The position numbers and the translations under genes are program-made. DNA of 64,000 bases from an uncultured Planctomycetaceae bacterium (GTDB lineage Bacteria > Planctomycetota > Planctomycetia > Planctomycetales > Planctomycetaceae), in assembly GCA_963813715.1 (NCBI GenBank), contig CAWFAK010000015.1, positions 1-64,000 on the forward strand, in the 5' to 3' direction. The notes below the pieces were generated by a model. It was given only the letters and a program-made list of their open reading frames with translations, made no database searches and had not been told where the DNA came from. Positions 46,576-55,974 of the stretch are shown piece after piece; position 1 is the stretch's first letter; each line of letters starts with the position of its first letter.

Positions 46576-47675
46576 ATGAGCATGGCCACGGAAACTCAGC
46601 TGACGACGTTCCACATTTCGCTGAACGTGTCGGATCTTGGCCGCTCGATCGAGTTCTACCAGACCTTGTTCAACACTCCGGCTGCCAAACGGCGGGCCGA
46701 TTACGCCAAGTTCGAGCTGGCCGATCCGCCTCTGGTGCTGTCGCTCGAGCCGTGCGGGGCATCGAGCGGCGGGGCACTCAATCATGTCGGCTTTCGGCTC
46801 GCCGACGCCGCGGCACTTGTCGAACTGCAGCGACGGCTGGAGGTGGCCGGCATCGGCAGCATCCGCGAGGAAGGCGTCGAGTGCTGTTACGCGCGGCAAA
46901 CGAAGTTCTGGGTGCAGGATCCGGACCGCACGCTATGGGAGTTCTACGTGCTCGAGTCGAACCTCGAGTGCGCCGGCGATGCTCGCGTACCGGAAACGGT
47001 CCCGCTCTCTGGCCGGTTTGCCTCGCCGACGTCCGTGCCACGCACCGCGTCCGATCCCACGGCCGCTACGGACGCGTTCCCCCCACCCGGCGATTGGGAA
47101 CATCGGTTGGGCAGCCTCTTCCCGCGGCCATTGCCGTTCGCGGACGGCACGCTGCAGGAAGTTCGCCTGCGCGGGACGTTCAACGTACCCTGCGAGCCGG
47201 AGATGCGTCGCGCCCGGCTCGCGGAGTGCCTGCGTGTTCTTGCGCCGGGCGGCCGCATCGTGTTGCATCATCTCACTGGAGCTTCGCAACTGGCGTCGGG
47301 CAGTTTGCCGTTGCCCGGCCCGGCCGTGGTCGTGGATGAAGTGCCCGTCGACGCCGAGTTGCTCGGGTGGGTGACGGAGGCGGGCTTCGGGGACGTGCGA
47401 CTGTTGAAGTTCGGCAGCGCGCCGTCGTTCACCGTGCAAGGGGTCGAGCTGCGCGAGACGATCGTGGAGGCGATCAAGCCGCCGAGCGAGGCAGACACCG
47501 AGGTCGTCGTTGTGTACAAAGGGCCGTTTTGCCAACTGGTCGACGATGCGAACCGGGTCTTTCGTCGTGGAGAGCGGACGCGAATTTCGCGCGCCGATGG
47601 GAGTCGATCGCTGGCGGGCCGCTCGAGGAATCGTTTGTTCGTTTGCGATCGGACCGGCCCGGTTCGCCGGTGTGA
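46576..47675 (+). CDS. ArsI/CadI-like VOC domain fused to a degenerate methyltransferase-like C-terminal domain (frameshift near 47590)
   Basis: FHISLNV, DYAKF, LNHVGF and ECCYARQTKFWVQDPD...WE; C-terminal ECLRVLAPGGR and VYKGPF..VDD...FRRGER. Confidence 0.8.
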
Positions 47676-47776
47676 TCGACTTTCATCGACCGTGGTAATC
47701 GGGGATGCGGCGCCCTGTGCCGCCGCAAGTTTGGACAATGTGGCCCGGTGAGGCCGCAAAGTTAGGCGGAGAAGGC

Positions 47777-48196
47777 GTGTCGGACGATTCGCTGCAATCG
47801 GATCACTGCGCCGAGATGCTACGGGCCCTGGCCGACCCCGTGCGTCTGCGGATCATCGACGCGCTCCGCTCTGCACCCTGCTGTGTGAGCGAGCTCTCCG
47901 AGTCGCTCGACCTAGAGGTCGTCACCGTCTCGCATCACCTCGGCATCCTGCACGCGGTCGGACTGCTCGAGCGGGAGAAGAAAGGCCGGTTCAAGGTCTA
48001 CCGCTTGCGAGAGGGAGTCTTGGGTCCGGCAAACGGTGACAAGCAGCACATCGACTTGGGCTGCTGCCGGCTGGAGATTCCGCCGCCGAACCGCGACCAA
48101 TCGGCCGCGGAGCCGGGAGCGTCGCACGCGGGCACGTCGAACGAGCGAGCGACGCTGCCCGTCTTGCCCACTCCCAGCGACAAATCCAAGCGGTGA
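47777..48196 (+). CDS. ArsR/SmtB family transcriptional regulator
   Basis: LRALADPVRLRII, CCVSEL, VSHHLGIL; C-terminal LGCCRL. Confidence 0.9.
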   Translation: MSDDSLQSDHCAEMLRALADPVRLRIIDALRSAPCCVSELSESLDLEVVTVSHHLGILHAVGLLEREKKGRFKVYRLREGVLGPANGDKQHIDLGCCRLEIPPPNRDQSAAEPGASHAGTSNERATLPVLPTPSDKSKR

Positions 48197-48226
48197 ATTC
48201 GGCCCGGTGCTGTACTGCCCGCTGAA

Positions 48227-49971
48227 TTACTGAGCCGCTGCCTCGCCGGCGAAGCCCAGGAACTCCGGCCCGATCGAGTAGATCACGATCAAGAGGCCGA
48301 GCGGGACGAAGACAAACGTCCCGACAATCTCCACCACGAGCGCGAACTTGGCGTTCGACCAGTTCACTCCGCCGTAAACGAGCGACAAGAGCGGCGTGAG
48401 CAAGAGGGCCAGCGGGGAAGTGAAAATGGACGCCACCCAGCCAATATTGCTGCTGAGCAGGATGGCGCCGAACCACGCCATGCTGTCCTTGAAGGCCTCG
48501 AACAACAACCAGAAGTGGCCAACCAGGATCGCTCCCACGCCGACGACTGATAGACCGATGCCCACCCCCAACAAGAAGTCCTTGCCCATGGCCGCCGCGC
48601 CGCCCCCGCCGAAGGCAAAGCCGAAGACGCCGGCCAGGCCGAGTCCGGCCAGGACCGTTTGCCAGGTGAGGCCCTTCTTTCCCTCGAGGTCCTCGAGCCG
48701 CGCGACCTTGGCCACGTACTTGGTCTCGGGCTCCATCGTCTCAAGATCCAGGTAGTCGAGGAAATACCGGGTATAGAGGCCGTTAGCCCGCATCAGGAAC
48801 ACGGCCGTCGCCCCGAACCATCCGGCTGCCAGCACGACGAGACCCGAGGGAATCCAGAATGGCTTGAAATCGAGTTCCGCCGGTTTCTTGCTCCGCCACT
48901 CCTGCAAGCCTTCCGGCATGACGGCGTTCCTGGACAGATTGTCGATTTCCGCGTTCTTCGTGAACAAGACGGCGTTGTAGTTCGAGTTCTCGATCAGCGT
49001 GTCGATTCCCTGGGCCATGAAAACAGCGCCGCCTACGCAGGCCAAGGGCACGATCATCATGAGCAGCAGGAAGAGGGCCCAGTACGACAACGCGGGCAAC
49101 GTCCGGAAAAACGGGCCCGACATCTTGTTCAAGAGCCACCCGCGGATCGTCACCGGCATCGCCATGTGAGACATCGCCAGCGGGAACAAGAGTGCGCCGA
49201 AGATGACGGCCGCCACCTCCAATCCGAGGGCCACCAGAGGGAACTTCAAGAGCACGAAGACCAAAGCCAGGATGTGCAGCGGAGCGGCGACGTCGAGAAA
49301 CCAGAAGAGGAACTTGAAACCGAGCGCCGCCCCCAGCAGTTTCTCGAAGTGGTACTTGGCAAGTTTTTTCTTCTTGCGGAGTGTGGCGTCGATGATCGTG
49401 GTGTGCAGGTTCCACGCCAACCCGGGCGTGATCATGACGGCGATTGTCGCCAGAAACCACCAGAAGTCCTTGACCAGCGGCTTGGTAAAGTAAATCGCGC
49501 AAAACAGGCAGAGGGCTGTGACGCTCGTAAAGATCACGCTGTTAATACTCAGCGAGATCGAGAGCCTCCGGTTCTTGCGCCAGAATTCCAGGCTGTCGCT
49601 GAAAAACTCCTGGTAGTACTTCTTCGGATTCGGGCCTTTGCGGTCGCGATCGGCCTGCAGCTCCCGGCTCAGCAAGCCGGTGACCAAATTGACCTGGCAC
49701 TCCGGACACTCGGTGTGCTTCGGCGGAAACTTCGGCCCCGCATTTAGGGCAAATGCGGGTCTGCTCGTCCTCTAGTCGGTCGAGGTCGAGATTCGCGATG
49801 ATCATGCTGCTGCTGGGGGGGCGGGCGGCGGCCTTCTTCGCAGCAGGCGCCGCCTTCTCGGCCGGCACGCGGATCGCCTTGCCGCACTGCGGGCACTTGA
49901 CGGCTTTTCCCCGCGCGATCGGGCGCGTTGACCACGTGCTCGCATCCAGAACAGCGGACTTTGACAGGCAT
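48227..49971 (-). CDS. Multi-pass membrane protein with N-terminal zinc-ribbon motifs (frameshifted)
   Basis: MPVKVRCSGC...CPQC and ICPKCG; many hydrophobic segments. Confidence 0.75.
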
Positions 49972-50213
49972 GCGACTCTCTCACCCTCGGTCCCGAGCGT
50001 CTCTCTTCCAATTTATCAATTCGAGGGAGGTTTGCACGTCTTTGGACGCGGAAACCGCCCGCTTTCGTCGCGGAAATCGGCTGCCACGGTCGCCTGTCGC
50101 GGAATGGGTCCCAGGCGGTGGACACTCTTAAAGAGAGACATCGCCCGGTCAGGCGGCGCGCAGACTGGCCCTTCGTCCAGCGGCGGGAGGCATCGTGCGC
50201 GAGCCGGCGACCG

Positions 50214-51587
50214 TCAAAACTTGGCGTCGAACATCACGCCGGCCGACCCGTCACTGGGGTGAAAATAGGGCACGATGTGCACCACCCGCGAGTCGCCGTA
50301 CAGGGCGCGGCCCGCGACCGATTTGCCGATCACATAACCCAAAACACCGCCAAACACCACGTCCGAAAGGTCATGGTCGCGGGCATCGATGCGGCTCCAC
50401 CCGACCAGGCCTGAAAGGATGTAGAGCGGCACACCGATCCAATGCCCTTCGTACTCGTCAATGACGGCCGACATGCAAAACAGGCTGCCGTCATGCCACG
50501 AAGGGAAGCCGTAGCTTCCGCCGTTCCAGCCGTCGCTGGGACGCTTCGTGTCGGCAATCCCTTTGATGGTCAGCGTGCTTAAACCGAAGATGGTGTACGC
50601 ACTGATCATGGAGGTCATCATGTCGTGATGCCATTCGTCCTGCTCCCAGAGCGTGAACGCGTAAGCACCGAAGATGACCGGGATTTGATATTGGACTGTG
50701 CCAAAATCGCCGAGCAGGTTCGTGGCGTGGCCCCAGCGATCGGGATGCTCGGCCGTCCAGTTGCGGACGTCCTGGTCGACGTCGCCGCGGAGGGCCAAGG
50801 AGCCGCCGAGCGCCACACCCAAAACGATCGCGTCGTCCCAGTTCACCAGTCCCCACGCGTCATGGGCGACGCGCGGCAGGAAGGCCCAGGCATCGTCGGA
50901 GAAGCGGATCGGTTGGTTGGAGCAGCCATCGATCGGCTGCAAGCCGGTCACCGCCGCCGCGGACGACGAACCAAGCGGAGGCGCCAAGCCGTCCGCTGGC
51001 GCAAGCGGCTCGGGCTGTTCGCCGGGCACCCTCGGCGAGCCTTCGTCCGGTCCGATCAAGGGGGTCTCGTCCGAGGTGAGCACGATCGCCGGCCGATCGG
51101 AACGCCACAGCCGCGCTTCCCAGTGTACGAGAGCCGCCCAGATGCCCGAGCCGCTGCTTGGTGCCGTTGGGCTCGGCCAAAGCGTCGACGGAGTAGTCGA
51201 CGAGTAATAAGGAAAGTTGGCCGACGCGTCGATCGCGACCAAACCCGCGCCGCATCCCGACTTTGGACTTCCGCACGACCCCGCGCAACCCCCAGGCGCA
51301 AAACTCGCCGGCGCGAACGCCGCGGACGGGTAGAGCGGGAACGACGAGGTAAGGGCCGGACTCGCTTCACGCGTGGTCAAAGCCGAATCGATCGTCACCG
51401 AGTTGATCGTTCCTGCGTCGGTCGTCACCAGGCCGGGGCCGTCATCGGCCATCAGCGACCGCGTGGCTAAGGCGACGATGACGAGCGCCAAGAGCGGCGA
51501 TGCGACGCGTCGAAATCGCCAGAGCGGGCCAACGGCGCGAGCCGGCTTCCAGTTCCACGGGCGACGGATTGGCCCGAAGCGTGCCAT
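50214..51587 (-). CDS. PAP2-family phosphatase with long N-terminal extension
   Basis: K...KRP, FPSWH and SRIDARDHDLSDV motifs. Confidence 0.85.
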   Translation of the reverse strand: MARFGPIRRPWNWKPARAVGPLWRFRRVASPLLALVIVALATRSLMADDGPGLVTTDAGTINSVTIDSALTTREASPALTSSFPLYPSAAFAPASFAPGGCAGSCGSPKSGCGAGLVAIDASANFPYYSSTTPSTLWPSPTAPSSGSGIWAALVHWEARLWRSDRPAIVLTSDETPLIGPDEGSPRVPGEQPEPLAPADGLAPPLGSSSAAAVTGLQPIDGCSNQPIRFSDDAWAFLPRVAHDAWGLVNWDDAIVLGVALGGSLALRGDVDQDVRNWTAEHPDRWGHATNLLGDFGTVQYQIPVIFGAYAFTLWEQDEWHHDMMTSMISAYTIFGLSTLTIKGIADTKRPSDGWNGGSYGFPSWHDGSLFCMSAVIDEYEGHWIGVPLYILSGLVGWSRIDARDHDLSDVVFGGVLGYVIGKSVAGRALYGDSRVVHIVPYFHPSDGSAGVMFDAKF

Positions 51588-52036
51588 CCTTGGCGCCTCG
51601 TAGTCAAAGAAACGCGGCAGATTTCTCAGCCGAGCCGCTTAGCGACGGCCGAAGTCGGCGCGAAACGCTCAAAGCCTTTCTCTCTTCGTCCTGACGATTC
51701 GGCACGAAACATCAATTCGCGTTTAACCGCGTCGCCGCGCGCACGGAATGTCGACCGCCATCGGCCCGGCTTGCCCAACCGGAAGACCTTGCGGCCCACG
51801 CCTCGGGCGGTGAAAAGTGTGCGGCCAATCGCTGATTTTTTCGCGGGGAGCCGAGAATTCGGGCCATTTGGGCTGAAGAAGGACGCTTTGCGCGGAGGTC
51901 GGCGGTGGTGAGGTTCCTCACACCGGCGGGAAGGGCCGTTGACTGCCGTCTTCGCGTCCGCTTTCATAAGACTACTTTAAGCCGGGCCAAGCCCGCGCGG
52001 ATTTGCGATACGCACAACAACAGATCGGGGGGACGC

Positions 52037-52978
52037 GTGACGTCCGATGACACCAGTCTGATCCAATCGCTTGAGCGGAACATCGCCAGTGTGTTGCTGG
52101 GCAAGCCCGACCCGATTCGGCTAGCGATCGTTTCGTTGCTGGCGGAAGGCCACCTCCTGATCGAAGATGCGCCAGGCGTCGGCAAGACCCTGTTGGCCAA
52201 GGCCATCTCGAAGAGTCTCGACTGCAAGTTCACGCGGTTGCAGTTCACGCCCGACATGCTGCCCAGCGACATCTTGGGCTCGAGTGTCTACTTGCCCAAT
52301 TTGGGGGACTTCGAGTTTCGTCGCGGGCCGATCTTCACGAACATTCTGCTGGCCGACGAAATCAACCGCACCACCCCCCGCACGCAAAGCGCCTTGCTCG
52401 AGGCGATGAACGAAGGCCAGGTGTCGGTCGAAGGGCGGACCTACGTGCTCGAACCGCCGTTCTTCGTGTTGGCGACGCAAAACCCGCACGAGTACGAAGG
52501 CACGTATCCGCTCCCCGAAAACCAGCTCGATCGCTTTACCATCTGCACCGACATCGGTTACCCCGATCGCGCGCACGAGATGCAAATCCTCGAAGCGCAC
52601 CGGGCCGGCGAAATGGTCGATCGGCTGCAGCCGGCCCTGAGCACCGAGCAGCTCCGGCGGCTCCAGGCGGCCGCCCGCGAGGTGAAGGTGCATCCCTCGA
52701 TCAATTCCTACATGCTCGACATCGTGGCCGCTACGCGGACCCACGAGGAACTTGACCTGGGCGTCAGCACGCGAGGAGCCATCGTGCTATTCCGCGCCGT
52801 GCAGTGCCTGGCCTTTTTGGAATCGCGGACTTTCGTCATCCCCGACGACGTCAAGCGGCTGGCCCTGCCCGTGCTGGCCCATCGCATCGTTTGCCGCGGA
52901 CTGGTTCGCGAAGGACAGCGCGACCGCTCGCGGGCCGTGATTCGCCAGATTCTCCAAAAGACGCCTGTTCCGGCCTGA
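52037..52978 (+). CDS. moxR: MoxR-family AAA+ ATPase
   Basis: EDAPGVGKT, LQFTPDMLPSD, LLADEINR, ATQNP and GTYPLPENQLDRF. Confidence 0.93.
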   Translation: MTSDDTSLIQSLERNIASVLLGKPDPIRLAIVSLLAEGHLLIEDAPGVGKTLLAKAISKSLDCKFTRLQFTPDMLPSDILGSSVYLPNLGDFEFRRGPIFTNILLADEINRTTPRTQSALLEAMNEGQVSVEGRTYVLEPPFFVLATQNPHEYEGTYPLPENQLDRFTICTDIGYPDRAHEMQILEAHRAGEMVDRLQPALSTEQLRRLQAAAREVKVHPSINSYMLDIVAATRTHEELDLGVSTRGAIVLFRAVQCLAFLESRTFVIPDDVKRLALPVLAHRIVCRGLVREGQRDRSRAVIRQILQKTPVPA

Positions 52979-53023
52979 ATCGCGGGCGGTCGGTCGATTG
53001 CGCCGGGTGCCAGGTCCCAACCG

Positions 53024-53417
53024 CCGGTCCTTGTGTTCAATTGAAAGTGTCCGGACCGGATTCAGCCTTCCTCCTAAACCGAACCCGCTGCACCTCTTAA
53101 CCCCGGTCTAAATCCGAATTGTGAAGATTAGACCGGACCCGACCTGACTCGGCTGGTTACTACGACGCCCGAGCCACGCATGGGTGGGATGGAGTCGCCG
53201 CGTTAGGCTCGCTTCCGAGGTCCGGACCTCCGGTCTCCTTATTCAAACGAAAGTGTCCGGACCGGGTTCAGACTTCGTCGTAAACCGCATCCGCTGCGTC
53301 TCTTAATCCCGGTCTAAATCCGAATTGTGAAGATGGGACCGGACTGGACCTGACTCGGCCGGGTTGCGAGCCCGAGCCCAAGCACCGGGCGGGATGGAGT
53401 CGAGCCATCAGGCTCGC
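53024..53417 (+). repeat. Two tandem ~206-bp imperfect direct repeats rich in hairpins; third partial copy at 53638-53672
   Basis: Units start at 53024 and 53230 and share AAAGTGTCCGGACCGG, CCGGTCTAAATCCGAATTGTGAAGAT, GACCTGACTCGGC and GGGATGGAGTCG. Confidence 0.88.
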
Positions 53418-53423
53418 CCACCG

Positions 53424-53510
53424 GTCATCCATCTCTTCCAGCCGGGCGACCATATCATTGCCGGCAATGACATCTATGGCGGCGCCTATCGGCTGATCGC
53501 CAAGGTCTAA
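53424..53510 (+). pseudogene. Internal fragment of a cystathionine gamma-synthase/lyase (Cys/Met metabolism PLP) gene
   Basis: Translates VIHLFQPGDHIIAGNDIYGGAYRLIAKV*, matching the 'PGDHIxxxxDxYGGxYRL' motif. Confidence 0.7.
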
Positions 53511-53549
53511 AAACCGGCGGCAAAGCGCCGCCGGCGTGACTCATTCTTC

Positions 53550-53620
53550 GGGAGGGCGAGGCTCCTGCCGAGCCATTTCCAAAACCGCGAATACTGGCTC
53601 AGCAGGAGCTTCGCCCTCCC
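53550..53620. repeat. REP-like palindromic element
   Basis: GGGAGGGCGAGGCTCCTGCCGAGCCA ... TGGCTCAGCAGGAGCTTCGCCCTCCC, ~26-bp arms with 2 mismatches. Confidence 0.8.
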
Positions 53621-54302
53621 GGTGGAACCGCGCCCGCCCGGTCCCTTGTTCAAACGAACGTGTCCGGACCGGACCTGTCGGCTCCGATGACGAGCCGGGT
53701 GGCGGGGCGCTCCGCTTTGCGGCAGCCACCGGGTCTTCAATCGTGCCGTGCGCCGGGGCTTCCGCTGCGCAGAGCGCCTCGGCCCCCGCGCCGCAGGTGT
53801 CCACGAAATCCGATCGTGTGCCCGCTCAACGGCCCCGCCGCCATTTTTCATCCGTGTGCGCAAGCCGATCTCGGCCGCGGCAAACTCTATTCTGCCACAA
53901 ATGGCCAACCAACCAAGATCAGTTTTCTACGCCGTTCAAAGTTTGCGGTCGGCCGGCGATGACCGAGAAAATGCTCAAGGTCAAACTCGAAGAGTTGAGG
54001 GGCTCGTGTTCGGTAACGGCCGTTCGTCGTTTTCGCTTCGTACTTCGGCGTGCACTGGGCGAGGATGCAGCGGCAACACTGGCTAAGAAAACAAGCCTTT
54101 TCCAAAATGGCTCGAGTCGTTCTTCCAGCCTGCGTCTCGAATCGGCGACTTGATAGACCCTTCGCCTGATGAGCCGGCTCTGATTCTCTCAGTACCGCGG
54201 TAAACGGTGATGGACCGAGCTCCCGTGCCAACCGCCAACTTTCGTCCAGGATGCGCCCCCACGCAGCGCGGATTCCGTCCTGGTGCTTCAGCAGTTGGGC
54301 GA

Positions 54303-54992
54303 TCACGACCGCCTCCCCTTTTTGGATTGTTGGAGTTTGGACGGATCCTCAACTGGATCCGGCTCGTCGTCCCCGAACGGAAACCCACCGCTCTCACCTT
54401 TTTTGTGCAGCTTTCCGAGCAGTCGCACCGTAACGGGACGAAACGATGTCCGAAAGGCGCCAGGGCCCAGCGTCTGTTGCACGTCCAAATACATCTCGCC
54501 GATTCGACGTGGCCATCCACAAGACTCGCCAGCTTCGAACCCCATCATTTCCCACTCATCACCATCAAAGGCGTCCGGAAGCCGCTCGTTTGCACCGGTG
54601 CCTATTCGCGCCGTCCATACATGTATGCCGTTTGCGTCCGCGGTGATACTGCCGCGAGGGGCAAATGGATCGACACTCTCACATGGGATCGCAATTGGCG
54701 ATTTGAGGCCCTTTCCGTTCACATGGCTCACGACAAATGCTAACCCATCAGATTTGCTGGTTTGCCGCTCTTCCTTCCATTTTCCACGAACTGTAACGAT
54801 GTCCTCTCCCAACGCCGCTCCAAATCGCCCGGCCAGCTTGACCTTTGTTGGAATGTCAAGACTGTTCACTCTCTCAACCCTCGGCACAGCAGATTGCTCG
54901 CCTGCACTTTCAGGCATATGCACTACGCTATCTCCACATGCCGCGATATAGCACAACAGCATAATCACTGCGCACTTCACGCATCTGTACAT
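54303..54992 (-). CDS. Hypothetical lipoprotein-like protein
   Basis: GGAGAGAGG upstream; hydrophobic N-terminus ending IAAC; lower-GC codon style. Confidence 0.55.
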   Translation of the reverse strand: MYRCVKCAVIMLLCYIAACGDSVVHMPESAGEQSAVPRVERVNSLDIPTKVKLAGRFGAALGEDIVTVRGKWKEERQTSKSDGLAFVVSHVNGKGLKSPIAIPCESVDPFAPRGSITADANGIHVWTARIGTGANERLPDAFDGDEWEMMGFEAGESCGWPRRIGEMYLDVQQTLGPGAFRTSFRPVTVRLLGKLHKKGESGGFPFGDDEPDPVEDPSKLQQSKKGRRS

Positions 54993-55334
54993 ACCTCTCT
55001 CCCGGACAACCTATTCAGTTGACGAATTGTTATCACAGTCGCATCTCGAAGTGCGAACATTTGGGTTGGGCACCATGACATCGAAGACATCGGCGAGTGG
55101 CACGGCCTGCTCGCTTCCGACCTCCCAGTTTGTCGATCAGCCGCTGAATCCGGCACTCCGTTTCGCCTTGGCCCGCTGCTTCACGGCGTGCTCGTCACCG
55201 CATTGTACCGATCATCCATGTTCGACAAGCGGTCGATCACCCCCGCGGCCATCGCCGGAGTGCATTTCAACGAGCCGGCGATCGAATTTGTGGTCCCCGT
55301 GAAGCGCAGACCCTGCAGCCGCTAGAACGACGGC

Positions 55335-55610
55335 ATGAGCGACGAAGCGGGACACGCATGCCCAGCGTGTGGGTTCGGGCTGAACTTCTCGCCGTGGGAA
55401 GGCGGTGCTGCCTCCTTTGAAATCTGTCCGTGCTGCTTCATCCAGTTCGGCTACGATGACGCAGCCGGTGGAGATCCGCAGTTGCGGCGTGAGATGCACT
55501 CGCGTTGGCGACAAGACTGGATTGCCGACGGGCTGCCGTGGCGAGGGCATGGGAAACCGCCAGTCGGATGGTCAGCAGCGCAACAAGTCGCTCGCGCTTC
55601 GCACGGCTAA
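55335..55610 (+). CDS. Small Cys-rich (CPxC...CPCC) protein
   Basis: HACPACGF...SFEICPCCFIQFGYDD...WRQDWIADG. Confidence 0.75.
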   Translation: MSDEAGHACPACGFGLNFSPWEGGAASFEICPCCFIQFGYDDAAGGDPQLRREMHSRWRQDWIADGLPWRGHGKPPVGWSAAQQVARASHG

Positions 55611-55974
55611 ATCGCCCAGAAGGTCATGAGAAGTCGATCGCTTGGTCCTCACGCCCTGGTTAGGGGAATCCAATCTTCTTTTGGAGGGCGACCACCCACG
55701 ATCGAATTCCTCGTTCCGGTTAAACGCAGAGCGCACCCCCCGCTAGAATGACGGCATGGATCGGGAAACCGCGAAATTGGTTACTCAAGCCGTGCGAGGA
55801 GACCGGCGATTGCGCATCTGGGGTCGTACCATGCTCTCGGGTCCGTGCCCGCGCTTCCTCTAGGGGAATTTCGACACCTCCTGCTACAATCCCGCCACGC
55901 GTTTTCACCCGGGGGGGACCGGTCTGATGTCGCGTTTGACTGCGGCTACCGAAGGATTCGGGAGGAAGGGACGC

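Noticed and set aside
53024..53672. CRISPR array
   Set aside because: Only three ~35-bp heads, spaced 206 and 408 bp apart; the sequences after the first two heads are homologous rather than unique spacers; no cas genes.
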